A DNA stretch of 64,000 nt. It comes from Nitrospira sp. Lineage in GTDB: Bacteria; Nitrospirota; Nitrospiria; Nitrospirales; Nitrospiraceae. The DNA lies in NCBI GenBank assembly GCA_005116955.1, contig SWDI01000002.1:416954-480953 (forward strand), written 5' to 3'. The notes under the pieces are model-generated. The model saw only the letters and a program-made list of their open reading frames with translations. It made no database searches and was not told where the DNA came from. Below, piece by piece: positions 9,415 through 19,234 of the stretch. Within the stretch, counting starts at the first letter, position 1, and each line of letters starts with the position of its first letter. The translations under genes were made by a program, and so were the position numbers.

Positions 9415-9644
9415 TAGGCTATGTACAGGACGGCAAAAATTACCTAGAACCTTTTCCTGTTACCAGACTCGGCGCGTTCATATCGCTGCACCGCCCCTCA
9501 CTACGAGCATCCCCAGGGCCGACTACCTGGACTCGCCATTCATCTGCAACCTGGCCTTTAGGCGAGCCCCGTGCTCTGACTTCTAGGGCAGGTGCGAGCG
9601 GAAGATGAGAGGATATTGGGAAGGTCGGAGTTTCTTCGGTAAAG

Positions 9645-10907
9645 TCATCTCACAGAGACAGAGACTTCCTCAGCCTCAAGAACTGTCCCCCTGCCCACCG
9701 TTTCAAGTACAGAAGCGAGTTTTCTAGCGAGCACGATACGATCGAAATGTTCCATGACATATCGGCGCCCATTCCTACCCAGCTGTTGACACCGTTCAGG
9801 GTTTTGGGAAAGCTCCAGAACACATGTAGCGAGCTCATCAGCTTGTTCTGGCTCAATACAAATACCCGCCTTGGCCGCTCGGAGAAGATCCGCACTCTCC
9901 CCTTCCACTCCAAGAATGATCGGCTTCGTCATCGCCAGGCTTTCAAAGATCTTCGAGGGGATGACTGTCTTGAATAGGTCTGATTTTTTCAGAAGAACGA
10001 GACTGATGTCGGATAACGCCCAAAAGTCACGCATGCGGCTTTTGGGTTGTTGGTCGAGCATCATCACGTTGCCAAGCGCCATGTCGTCTCGCATCTGGAG
10101 AAGCGCTCGGCGCTCGGCCCCATCGCCCACCATCAGGAATATAATGTTTTTCGAGCCATTTAATCGGTGGGCTGCATGGAGGATCGTCTGCAGATGGTGA
10201 GCCATGCCATGGGTCCCAAAATAGGACACCACAAACTTTCCCTCGACCCCAAGCTCTTCAGCGAGAGCACTCGCACCATCGCGCGGCGCGTATTGGGCTA
10301 GATCGACACCGTTCTTGACGACAGTGATTTTCCTAGCCTCGATACCCTTGGCCAGCATGTATGTCTTGAATGACTCTGTCACCGGCACAATCCGATCCGC
10401 TTTTCGGTAGGCGAACCGTTCGATCCATTCCAACAGACTAATGATTACAGAGTTTTTGATCGCACCCACGGCCACAATCGATTCAGGCCATAGGTCACGG
10501 ATCTCCAACACCCAAGGTATTCTTCTCAGCTTGCTGACGATATAGCCCGCAAGTCCATTGAAGAATTGAGGGGAGGTAGAAAGGACGATGTCTGCTTTAG
10601 GGAGAACAAGGGAGACGATACACGCAGAACACATATACGAGATGTAGTTCAGCGTTCGTTTAAGGAACCCCTCGTTAGCCGTCACGAACGTCCAGACCCG
10701 AACAATGTTGATTCCGTCTTTCGTTTCCCGTTGATAGATCCGATTGCGGTAACCTTCGTAGACTCGTCCTTGAGGATGATTGGGTGCGCACGTCACGACC
10801 GTTACCTGGTGCCCATCTCTGGCCCATTGTCGACAGTGTTCATAGGTTCTGGTTGCCGGCGCGTTCACCTCGGGAGGGAAGTAATGTGATAGAAAGAGGA
10901 TTCGCAT
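9645..10907 (-). CDS. Glycosyltransferase, GT4 family (WcaI/WbuB-like)
   Basis: 420 aa. The N-terminus MRILFLSHYFPPEVNAPATRTYEHCRQWARDGHQVTVVTCAPNHP is characteristic of WbuB/WcaI-type enzymes. The C-terminal Glycos_transf_1 region contains the E-x7-E context (SKIFESLAMTKP). Confidence 0.8.
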   Translation of the reverse strand: MRILFLSHYFPPEVNAPATRTYEHCRQWARDGHQVTVVTCAPNHPQGRVYEGYRNRIYQRETKDGINIVRVWTFVTANEGFLKRTLNYISYMCSACIVSLVLPKADIVLSTSPQFFNGLAGYIVSKLRRIPWVLEIRDLWPESIVAVGAIKNSVIISLLEWIERFAYRKADRIVPVTESFKTYMLAKGIEARKITVVKNGVDLAQYAPRDGASALAEELGVEGKFVVSYFGTHGMAHHLQTILHAAHRLNGSKNIIFLMVGDGAERRALLQMRDDMALGNVMMLDQQPKSRMRDFWALSDISLVLLKKSDLFKTVIPSKIFESLAMTKPIILGVEGESADLLRAAKAGICIEPEQADELATCVLELSQNPERCQQLGRNGRRYVMEHFDRIVLARKLASVLETVGRGTVLEAEEVSVSVR

Positions 10908-12681
10908 GCCTGTGCACCTGAGTTTGTCGGTCGCTCGTTTTTTGGATTCGATAACTCAGCTGAAGTGGAACTTCTCCATGACAAGAAAAGGCTAGCACAG
11001 GGTTCTTCTGACTCAAACCAAACTCAGGAAAATAGCAGCCCTGCTGAATCTCTATCCGACAGGTATTCAACGCTTCGATCACCGCAATCGCCTCCCCGTC
11101 TCGTTCAATTCTGAAGACACCTTCACCTGACGGCACGAGTGAGTAATCAGGATGGAAATGGACAAAGCTCTCCATACGATGCGTCCCACTTCCTTCCAAC
11201 AGATCCCGAATCATCCAACTTCCTTGCCCATCATAGGACATGCGCCTTCTATGGATGGGCTTTCCGCTCAATCGCCTATATCCATCATGATCTCCTTCAA
11301 ACAGGACAGACTCGTGCCCCGTCTTATCGATATGACCCTGGATCGGCTTGGCCCGCCGAGCCACCCGAAACACTCCCCAGATCTCCGACTGTTCTTCTCC
11401 GTCAACCATGACAGTGTTGTGAGCCCTCGTGCTCCTTGCATAGGCCCGTTTCTGACTTAGCTCATAGTCACAGACCCCGCTATCGACCACCACTCGCCGT
11501 CCGTCAATCGCGAGCTCATAACTCAACGTATCGCAATGGGCATGTCCGGGCTGATAATCAGGACCTATTGGCCCACAATCAATAATGATCATATCGTCCG
11601 CCTTGCGACAGACATAGTAGCCGCTTTCGGGAAAGGCATTTACCATCAGATTCTTTGCTGACTCTGGGGCCTTGTACCCAATCACCCTCTCCGCGTAGTC
11701 AAAGATCTGATGAGGAGTTGGGGCAATGCCGAACGCCGAATCATTGAACAAGGGGATAGTACCGTCTGGGAAACAGATACCGTTTAGAAACTTGAGAGCA
11801 GCCGTAACCTTGCCAATAAATTCATCCGCTACGTCATCTGGAATCGCAGCCGGCGAGTTCCGTGCAAGATTCAACACATCAAGATAATCGACCACACAGA
11901 TGGAGTGATACATGGGGCTTCGCTCATAATGTCCTCCATCAGTAAGAAACTGTTCTTTTAGCTCTTCTCGCAGAATCCGCAAACCCTTTCGAAGCCACCT
12001 GTCTGCATCAACTCCTTCGAAGTACGCGCCAGCGAACACTAGCGCCACGCCATTTTTGAGATAGTGATTAGCCAGAATGTGATATTCGATGTTTTGTTCG
12101 AGCCACAGCGCTTGCGAGTAAAGACTCTTGAGCCATTCGGATTTCAACCCTGATTGAAGCTTCCCTTTTGTGCCTCCCTCTGCTCCTGTGCTTTTCTTCA
12201 GTGAAGCCGCCGACAGCGAGAGAAAGAATTTCACCCAATTCACGATCCTCAATGAGGCGGTGTACGGTTCCCAGGCATCCACTGTTCCCTGCGAATTGTG
12301 CTCGATCCAATCAGAGATCAGGTGAGACTTGTTTTCGACAGAGCGTTGAGGGTGCTGGAGGTAGTCAAAATAATGGAGATTGTATCGCCACAGCTTGGGC
12401 ATATCCTTGCAAACCCAACCTTCTCTTCCTAAGTGAAAGCGTTTCGACTGCCCCAGAAAACAGAAATGTGAATCGTCTCCTGTAGAATGAGTTGAAGAAA
12501 TACCAGGCACCATTGAGGTGCCTGAGCGGATTCTGGAACCAGTTGTTTTGGCTATAGAGCGAAATTCTGGGAGGATTCGGCGACAAAGAAAGTATGCTAC
12601 CTGTGAAGGACGAAGATATGCGAGCGTCCTGGCATAGAGGCCCAACTGCTTCATGAAGGGGAGGCGCCTATGTGAGTGCAT
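10840..12681 (-). CDS. Heparinase II/III-like (polysaccharide lyase fold) protein
   Basis: 613 aa. The segment GGHYERSPMYH...DCGPIGPDYQPGHAHCDTLSYEL...ARSTRAHNTV is typical of the heparinase II/III family found in O-antigen/capsule loci beside WbuB. MKQLGLYARTL (12654) is an alternative start. The 3' end overlaps the next gene by 68 nt. Confidence 0.7.
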   Translation of the reverse strand: MHSHRRLPFMKQLGLYARTLAYLRPSQVAYFLCRRILPEFRSIAKTTGSRIRSGTSMVPGISSTHSTGDDSHFCFLGQSKRFHLGREGWVCKDMPKLWRYNLHYFDYLQHPQRSVENKSHLISDWIEHNSQGTVDAWEPYTASLRIVNWVKFFLSLSAASLKKSTGAEGGTKGKLQSGLKSEWLKSLYSQALWLEQNIEYHILANHYLKNGVALVFAGAYFEGVDADRWLRKGLRILREELKEQFLTDGGHYERSPMYHSICVVDYLDVLNLARNSPAAIPDDVADEFIGKVTAALKFLNGICFPDGTIPLFNDSAFGIAPTPHQIFDYAERVIGYKAPESAKNLMVNAFPESGYYVCRKADDMIIIDCGPIGPDYQPGHAHCDTLSYELAIDGRRVVVDSGVCDYELSQKRAYARSTRAHNTVMVDGEEQSEIWGVFRVARRAKPIQGHIDKTGHESVLFEGDHDGYRRLSGKPIHRRRMSYDGQGSWMIRDLLEGSGTHRMESFVHFHPDYSLVPSGEGVFRIERDGEAIAVIEALNTCRIEIQQGCYFPEFGLSQKNPVLAFSCHGEVPLQLSYRIQKTSDRQTQVHRHANPLSITLLPSRGERAGNQNL

Positions 12682-14800
12682 CCATGATGTCGAAGGTAAC
12701 GTGAGCCACCTCTACAAGCTCATTCCAAGGAATTGGGGAGGACGTGCCTCGCCGAATAGCGTCCGCGAAAGCAGCAACGCACGCTGTCTGTCCTTTGTCC
12801 TGGTTCCACAGATCCATTTTTCTGAACCCGGACCAGCCATAGCCTCGAAGTTTTCTGAAGTTATCCAACTGCAGCACCTTGCCGGCACAAAATACTTCTA
12901 GCTGCTCTTTCGGAAAGGATTTATTGCCATTGGAGAAATAGTGGACGGTACCAATCGATCCGTCCTCGAATCGTAACGTGGCCGTCACATTATCCTCGCC
13001 GGCCGATATAGCTTGAACGCCAACAATCGGCGAAGCAGCGAGAAACCTGAGCAGATCGAAAAAATGGCAACCTTCCCCAATGATCCGCCCTCCCCCGATC
13101 AGTCGGTCCTGAGTCCAGTGGTCACGCGGAATATGGCCCGCATTGACCGTCATGACAAAGGTCTTGGGTTCCGTCACTCCATCCAGCAACTGTTTCATGC
13201 GCTGGACTTGTGGAGCAAATCGACGATTGAACCCAACCATCAGCAGAGGTGGCGATGCCTGCCGTCTGATACATTCTTCGTAATGTTCACACAGCTTCAC
13301 CAATTCTTCTCTCGTGATAGCCAAAGGCTTCTCGACGAAGACATGTTTCCCCACTTTCAAGGCTTCACCGGCGAGAGCCGCATGGCTATCATGCCTCGTC
13401 GCGATGACGATGGTGTTGATGTCAGCTGACTCAATAACACTTCGACCGTCGCTCGTGATTTCAGAAAATCCAAACTTACTCCCTGCGTGAGCAGCGCTTA
13501 CACCTGTGCTGCTTGCGACCGATCTAAAAGCAACTCCCGTCCTCTGAAAAGCCGGCAACAGAACTTGAGTGGCATAGCTTCCCGCGCCAATGCACCCGAC
13601 GACCGGGGTAGCGGCTGAACGATTCCCTTCGAACGGCTCCTCCGAACGCGTGATCGTTCTCCTCAGCAGTCGGCTTTGAGAGAAGGCGTCCGGTTCCGGA
13701 TATTGCAAAATAATTCCGAGCGATGGGGTTCGACTAGAAATAATGTCATATGCGGTCGTTGCCTGATCAAATGGGATACGATGCGAAATGAGCATATCGG
13801 TCTGAAGACGGCCGTCAGCCAGCATATCGAGGACCGCTTCGAAGTTACGCTGCTCCGTCCAGCGAACGTAACCAATGGGATAATCGTGTCCATTGTCCTC
13901 ATAGGAGCTGTCGTAACGACCGGGTCCATAGGAACAGGATACTTGAAAACTTAGTTCCTTTTCATAGAAGTCCGCACGCGACAGTTCCAGTCCTGTGACG
14001 CCGACGAGTACAATGCGCCCTCGCTTTCGGCACATCTGCGCTGCATGATGAACAGGGCCGTTGCTCTTCGTGGAAGCCGTGATGATCACCGAATCGACAC
14101 CACGTCCTCTTGAAAAAGCCATCGCCGCCCCAAGAGGATCTGCGTTCTGATTGAGATCAACAGTTTCTGCACCCAGCTTTTGAGCGAGCGCTAACTTGCT
14201 TGTGTCGTAATCCAACCCCAGGACTCGACACCCATGAGCTTTCAATAACTGAACGGTCATCAATCCGATCAACCCAAGCCCAGTGACTACAACGGCTTCA
14301 CCCAAGGTGGGTTGAATCAGCCGGATACCCTGTAACCCAATCGCACCAATAACGGTGAATGCAGCAGCTTCATCACTCACGGAATCTAGCACTCTTGCAC
14401 ATAGGTTCTTCGGGACGCAGATGATCTCCGCGTGCTTTCCGTTCGATGCCACTCGATCCCCAACTGAAAAGTCAGTGACTCCTTGGCCGACCTCAAGTAC
14501 CGTCCCGACATTGCAATAGCCCATCGGCAAGGGTTGATCCAATTTATTGCGGACTGCCTCCAATGTCGGCATCACTCCATCGGTCTTGACCTTATCCAGT
14601 ACTATCCGAACTTTCTCCGGCTGTTGGCGTGCCTTGTCAAGCAGGTTGGCTTTGCCAAATTCGACGAGCATGCGTTCGGTGCCAACAGAGACCAGTGAAG
14701 AAGACGAACGGATTAATAAATGACCAGAATGGCAACGTGGACTAGGAATCTCCGCTAGTTCTGTTAATCCGGTTCCTAAACTTTGAAGAATCTGCCTCAT
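12668..14800 (-). CDS. Bi-domain oxidoreductase (N-terminal zinc/MDR alcohol dehydrogenase + C-terminal Gfo/Idh/MocA)
   Basis: 710 aa. The N-terminal half has MDR features (GYCNVGTVLEVG...VVVTGLGLIGLMTVQLLKAHGCRVLGLD). The C-terminal half has a Rossmann GCIGAGSYATQVLLPA and the EKPLA motif of Gfo/Idh/MocA enzymes. Confidence 0.75.
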   Translation of the reverse strand: MRQILQSLGTGLTELAEIPSPRCHSGHLLIRSSSSLVSVGTERMLVEFGKANLLDKARQQPEKVRIVLDKVKTDGVMPTLEAVRNKLDQPLPMGYCNVGTVLEVGQGVTDFSVGDRVASNGKHAEIICVPKNLCARVLDSVSDEAAAFTVIGAIGLQGIRLIQPTLGEAVVVTGLGLIGLMTVQLLKAHGCRVLGLDYDTSKLALAQKLGAETVDLNQNADPLGAAMAFSRGRGVDSVIITASTKSNGPVHHAAQMCRKRGRIVLVGVTGLELSRADFYEKELSFQVSCSYGPGRYDSSYEDNGHDYPIGYVRWTEQRNFEAVLDMLADGRLQTDMLISHRIPFDQATTAYDIISSRTPSLGIILQYPEPDAFSQSRLLRRTITRSEEPFEGNRSAATPVVGCIGAGSYATQVLLPAFQRTGVAFRSVASSTGVSAAHAGSKFGFSEITSDGRSVIESADINTIVIATRHDSHAALAGEALKVGKHVFVEKPLAITREELVKLCEHYEECIRRQASPPLLMVGFNRRFAPQVQRMKQLLDGVTEPKTFVMTVNAGHIPRDHWTQDRLIGGGRIIGEGCHFFDLLRFLAASPIVGVQAISAGEDNVTATLRFEDGSIGTVHYFSNGNKSFPKEQLEVFCAGKVLQLDNFRKLRGYGWSGFRKMDLWNQDKGQTACVAAFADAIRRGTSSPIPWNELVEVAHVTFDIMDALT

Positions 14801-14849
14801 CGCATCCTCACCCGTACCTCATGCCGTGATAAATAATCCGCCTCAGTGC

Positions 14850-16436
14850 TTACACCCATGTCACATGCTCTTTTTCAAGGAGGGCGTTCAGGTGCTGCTC
14901 GAGCAACAGCACAGCACCTGTGGAGACCCTCACCGATTCAATCGTATCGCCGGGCTCCCCTTGTGCAATTTTTTGCCCAATCGACCGATACATGCGGCGA
15001 TAACTATCCATCTTATTAATGGTGTATTTCCTGAGCATTCGGTGTTTGGATTCCGCCTCATACATGGCACCATTACGGAGACGAGCGGTCACACCGTTGG
15101 CGCGCAGTTCGATATAGTCTTGCACCCCAATCCGTTCACTCCCGTGATCGGTTAGCATCATGGTAAAAAATGCTCCGTTCGTCAGCTCCATCGAGCAATT
15201 GATCGTCCCGTCTTTCGCCCAAAATAGATCAGCCCGGGCCACTTCACAATAATTATTGAGAAAAAGGAAGTGATCGATCCAGTGGCACCCATTCGAGACA
15301 AGCCGACTCTTCGAGTTTGGCCATCGATACCAATGCCGAGACGGTAGCGGCACCTCATACACAAGGCAATGGTATGAAACCGGTTCTCCAGGATGGAGAC
15401 GAAGATCCTGGAGCGCATGCCGGTTCAAGAGTTGATACCGCTTATGAAAACCACAATAGAGTGTCCCTGTGCTATGCGCCATGGCGTCGAGCAGGTCAGA
15501 GAGTTGGGCCGAATCAACGGCCAAAGGCTTCTCTAGCACGGCATAGGCACCCAACCGGAGTGCGTTCACAGCGAGTGGCGCATGTGAATGATGAAAGCCT
15601 GCAATGAAGTACGCGTCATAGCGTTCTGCTGGCCGGAGATCGCTCGCCGTATCCCATGCCACATCTGTCTTTCCAGTGATGGGAATTTGCAATGGATCAA
15701 TCTCGTGAATGCAGGAGATCTCGACGTATGGGGTGACATTCGGCAAAACCAGGACTTTGGCATAATTACCGTATCCAAACAGCACCCCTTGTTTACGCTG
15801 AGAGTCTTTGACACATTCCTTCTCGCGCCGCTCTGAAGGAACATCATCGACGTCGATTGGAAGTCGCTGGGCGTTCGTCCACATGGAAGAATCCCGAAGG
15901 AGGGCGAAGGCAGCGTTGAACACGTCGTGAAGGTCCGGGAGTGGGCTACCTGAGAATGCACTCCATCCAGCTAACTCCTGAAGCGCGGCAGGAAGGGCCA
16001 CGGACGAGCAGGCATGAAGAATAGTTCCATGCTGAAATTCGATCGGCAGCGCACCATCAACCGCACGGAGCAGTTCAGACGGCACCACTACGCGCTCCGC
16101 ACACATGGGGTGGGAGGGCGTAATGAACAGCATCAGATCGCTGTCGTCAAACTCTGAATCGCGTCCGGACTCGAGTATGGTCCCCACACCAATGGACAAG
16201 AATTTTCCGTTGCGAAACCGTTCGCCCCGACGGGACACAACCTTTCTACAGACATCACGAATGCCGATCTCCTGTATATAATTCCATAACAGCCGAGCAC
16301 TGCCCGATCGAACAAAGTACAGCTCTTCGATTTTGGTCAGTGTCAGACAGGCTAGCACTTTAATCCGGCACTCTTGAGGTTTCCGGTGATAATCGAGAAA
16401 CCCGTCGGTCCACCGACCATCGACTAATGTTTTCAT
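14850..16436 (-). CDS. Gfo/Idh/MocA-family oxidoreductase with uncharacterised ~200-aa N-terminal domain
   Basis: 528 aa. GVLFGYGNYAKVLVLPNV... and AYAVLEKPLAVDSAQLSDLLDAM match the Gfo/Idh/MocA NAD-binding pattern. I do not recognise the N-terminal third. Confidence 0.6.
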   Translation of the reverse strand: MKTLVDGRWTDGFLDYHRKPQECRIKVLACLTLTKIEELYFVRSGSARLLWNYIQEIGIRDVCRKVVSRRGERFRNGKFLSIGVGTILESGRDSEFDDSDLMLFITPSHPMCAERVVVPSELLRAVDGALPIEFQHGTILHACSSVALPAALQELAGWSAFSGSPLPDLHDVFNAAFALLRDSSMWTNAQRLPIDVDDVPSERREKECVKDSQRKQGVLFGYGNYAKVLVLPNVTPYVEISCIHEIDPLQIPITGKTDVAWDTASDLRPAERYDAYFIAGFHHSHAPLAVNALRLGAYAVLEKPLAVDSAQLSDLLDAMAHSTGTLYCGFHKRYQLLNRHALQDLRLHPGEPVSYHCLVYEVPLPSRHWYRWPNSKSRLVSNGCHWIDHFLFLNNYCEVARADLFWAKDGTINCSMELTNGAFFTMMLTDHGSERIGVQDYIELRANGVTARLRNGAMYEAESKHRMLRKYTINKMDSYRRMYRSIGQKIAQGEPGDTIESVRVSTGAVLLLEQHLNALLEKEHVTWV

Positions 16437-16443
16437 CGCTTCG

Positions 16444-17829
16444 TTACCTCTGTCGGCACTCGACGCGGCTCTTTTGCAGCTGAGGACACTCAGACATCCC
16501 GCTCAGATGCACCTCGGTGTCCCTAATGGCTTGACGTTTCACCGCGTCGACTGTAAGCGTAGCCCCACGCGCGACTTGGGCAAACAGCTTAAATGTATCG
16601 TCCGCGCATCGTTTCCACGAATAGGCCTGTGCCCGTGCATACGCATCCCGCGCGCAGCGTGCTCTCAGGACAGGGGAGGCCACCAGCTCCCGAAGCGAAT
16701 GGGCAATACTGTGTGCGTCTTCCGGATCAAAGTACACTCCGGCCCCATCAAGTATCTCAGGCATGGGGCCCATCTGAGAACACGCAATCGGCAGACCTGC
16801 TGCCATCCCTTCCAGTAAGATATTCGGCATGTTTTCACAGCTCGAAGCAAATACGCACATATCAGCCTTGGCATAAATCTCATCTAGACTCGCATACGGA
16901 ATTGCCCCCCGATAGACGATGAAGGTCCCGGACGGATCGAATCGGTGCATCGCGCGCGTCAGCCGACTCATCCCTCTGGCTGGAGGACCGACCAATTCCA
17001 ACACAACCGGAATACCTTCGCGCCTCAAGATGGCGATGGCTTCAGCCACATGCCATTGATGCTTGTAGACATCCACAATCGAGACGTACAGCACACGGCA
17101 CGGCCGGCTTGTCGTAAACTCCTCAAGCAGTCGTTGCATCCGTGGTGGTTTCATAAAGCGAGTGTTAATGCCGTGAGGGATGATCGGACAATCACTTGGC
17201 AATGCTCCGATGACGCGTCTCACGGTCTCACGCGCATAGTGAGTCAGAAAAATTACGCTGTCGGCTTTTTCAAACGTCCGACCCTGGGCCCATCGTAGGA
17301 GTAGTAGCTTAAGGGTATAGGTCGTCACTCCATAGCGTTTCAACTCCCACCATTCGAACGGAAGCAAGTTCTGACTCATGGTGACCAGCGGGGTAAAACC
17401 ACTTTCATTTGACCCTCCAGGCACAAACATCACATCGCAATCCGCTTGCCGTGCCACCCGTTGTTGTCTGAAACGATTCCACAACGCACGATGGAAGAGT
17501 CCTTTGTCTAAAAGCGGGTCACTCTTTTTTGTCAACCATATACGATCATCGATGTGTTCAAGCGTTTTGGTTGAACTCCAAATGATGACTCGGTGAAATC
17601 CATGGGCGGACGGTTCAGCCGCGCCCAGCAGTTCAGCCAGATGCGTCACTCCACCCCCTGCACGAATATTGAATGCATCAATACCGAGAATCACAGCCGC
17701 GCTCTCACCTATCCTGGGTTCTCCACCAGACCGATGCGTGCTCCCCGCGTCTCTCGACAGCACCAGATCGTGGAGCTCAATACCTCTACATACGAATCGA
17801 CCGCATGACTTCTGCGTCACCTGACGCAC
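16444..17829 (-). CDS. Glycosyltransferase, GT4 family
   Basis: 461-aa ORF. The conserved core starts near VILGIDAFNIRAGGGVTHL, so the true start is probably internal or non-ATG. The C-terminal ENMPNILLEGMAAGLPIACS is a typical Glycos_transf_1 motif. Confidence 0.7.
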   Translation of the reverse strand: MRQVTQKSCGRFVCRGIELHDLVLSRDAGSTHRSGGEPRIGESAAVILGIDAFNIRAGGGVTHLAELLGAAEPSAHGFHRVIIWSSTKTLEHIDDRIWLTKKSDPLLDKGLFHRALWNRFRQQRVARQADCDVMFVPGGSNESGFTPLVTMSQNLLPFEWWELKRYGVTTYTLKLLLLRWAQGRTFEKADSVIFLTHYARETVRRVIGALPSDCPIIPHGINTRFMKPPRMQRLLEEFTTSRPCRVLYVSIVDVYKHQWHVAEAIAILRREGIPVVLELVGPPARGMSRLTRAMHRFDPSGTFIVYRGAIPYASLDEIYAKADMCVFASSCENMPNILLEGMAAGLPIACSQMGPMPEILDGAGVYFDPEDAHSIAHSLRELVASPVLRARCARDAYARAQAYSWKRCADDTFKLFAQVARGATLTVDAVKRQAIRDTEVHLSGMSECPQLQKSRVECRQR

Positions 17830-17983
17830 TAACTACGTAGGCGAGCAGAATTTCACCATAGCGAAGTTACGTGAAATATCAATTCTAAATGATTTTTCAT
17901 CAAGCTGTACTAAGATGGAGGCGTGTCCGAACATCCTTGTGACTGGGCAGCCATTCTCAGTTCGCAGGTATCAATGAGCACAC

Positions 17984-19234
17984 ATGAAGAAATTACCGAT
18001 TAATCTGGTACTGAGTTATTCCTCCACGCTCATCGGCTTCTTGATCATTCTGGTCTTGGCGCGACTCCTGGGAGCAGAAACCTTTTCCTGGGTAGCCCTG
18101 GGTCTGGCGATCGGCGGCTTCATCGCTCCACTGTTTAACCTTGGAAGCGATCGAACATTTGTGAGAGATGCCGTCGCGCACACACACGTGCGTGCCATCG
18201 ATGAGATGGTCTTGTCCAATCTCAGCCAACGCATCATGATGCTTCTGCCGATCTCCGTCGCACTATTCGGCATCACTAGGGTCTTCACCAACGCGCTCTC
18301 AGATGTGGTGGCAGTGGTTGGCTTCTCGCTCTGGGCAGGCCTGATTGGTTTGTATCCCGCCGCATGGTTTGATTATTCGCACGATGTGCGACGTCAGAAC
18401 GTAATCGTCCTTGTTGAACGAGGAGTCTGCTTGGGTCTGATCTATGCGTTGTACGGCTTCGGCGACAAGGCCCCGGCGATGCTCGCAATTAGCCTGTGCC
18501 TCTTGGGGACACGGGTGCTCTCCATCTTAGTCCAGGTGAGAGCCTGGTGGGTTCAGCACGCCTCCATTCCATTTTCCCTCCGTGGTCTCCCACTGCAATC
18601 AGCTCACAATGGAATCAATATACACATAACGATTGCCACTGTAGCAAACGCGTTTCTGACATACGGCAACCAGCTTCTTCTGGCATCCACTGCGAATCCC
18701 ATCGAGCTCTCATCGTATAGCCTCGCATTTCAAATGATGATGATCGTCTTCTTGTTCCAAGGCCAGGCGATTCGATTGTCAAATCGGTCCATCATGGAAG
18801 CCTGTAGATCTCGACAATCACTTCTCCACTCGATGGCCCACAATGCTGGAATCCTCTTCGCCGGATCAGCCATCATGGCGTGCGGAGCATGGATCGTGAT
18901 TCAGATTCTGCCCCACATACTCGCCGATGCCCGATTCGCGACCATGTCGAAGATTGCGTTACCGCTCTGCATCTGGGTGGTTATGGCCGGCGTAGGATTT
19001 TCCATCTCTCAACACAGTATCGCCTTAGAGCAAGAGCGGTTCTTTCTCTTCACGTCACTGGCGGGAGCCTCCATCGCACTGCTCTTGGGCTCGATCTTTA
19101 TTCCACATTACGGAGCATTCGCTGTCGCGGTGATCCTGTTACTTATCCACAGCAGCATGATGCTGATCAATACAATCTGGTTGGTCTACAGCATCAATGT
19201 AAAGGAGTCTTGGGGTTGCTTAGAACGATCATGA
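17984..19234 (+). CDS. Oligo/polysaccharide flippase (Wzx-like, MOP/PST superfamily)
   Basis: 416 aa with about 12 predicted hydrophobic helices. The N-terminus MKKLPINLVLSYSSTLIGFLIILVLARLLGAETF is typical of PST-family flippases. Confidence 0.65.
   Translation: MKKLPINLVLSYSSTLIGFLIILVLARLLGAETFSWVALGLAIGGFIAPLFNLGSDRTFVRDAVAHTHVRAIDEMVLSNLSQRIMMLLPISVALFGITRVFTNALSDVVAVVGFSLWAGLIGLYPAAWFDYSHDVRRQNVIVLVERGVCLGLIYALYGFGDKAPAMLAISLCLLGTRVLSILVQVRAWWVQHASIPFSLRGLPLQSAHNGINIHITIATVANAFLTYGNQLLLASTANPIELSSYSLAFQMMMIVFLFQGQAIRLSNRSIMEACRSRQSLLHSMAHNAGILFAGSAIMACGAWIVIQILPHILADARFATMSKIALPLCIWVVMAGVGFSISQHSIALEQERFFLFTSLAGASIALLLGSIFIPHYGAFAVAVILLLIHSSMMLINTIWLVYSINVKESWGCLERS

Noticed and set aside
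9333-9608. Small plus-strand ORFs in the gap between PEP-CTERM gene 2 and the WbuB-like GT
   Set aside because: They have no RBS or motif, and they overlap the conserved minus-strand leader of the PEP-CTERM gene. They are more likely non-coding promoter/terminator space.
18880-19230. N-terminal extension of the acetyltransferase ORF (and analogous extensions 45819-45974, 47402-47518, 53564-53731, 22483-22557, 25648-25737)
   Set aside because: The extensions overlap upstream genes or lack protein-like composition. Internal starts give canonical N-termini (signal peptide, REC domain, MKILF... GT start) with RBS-like sequences or stop/start coupling.
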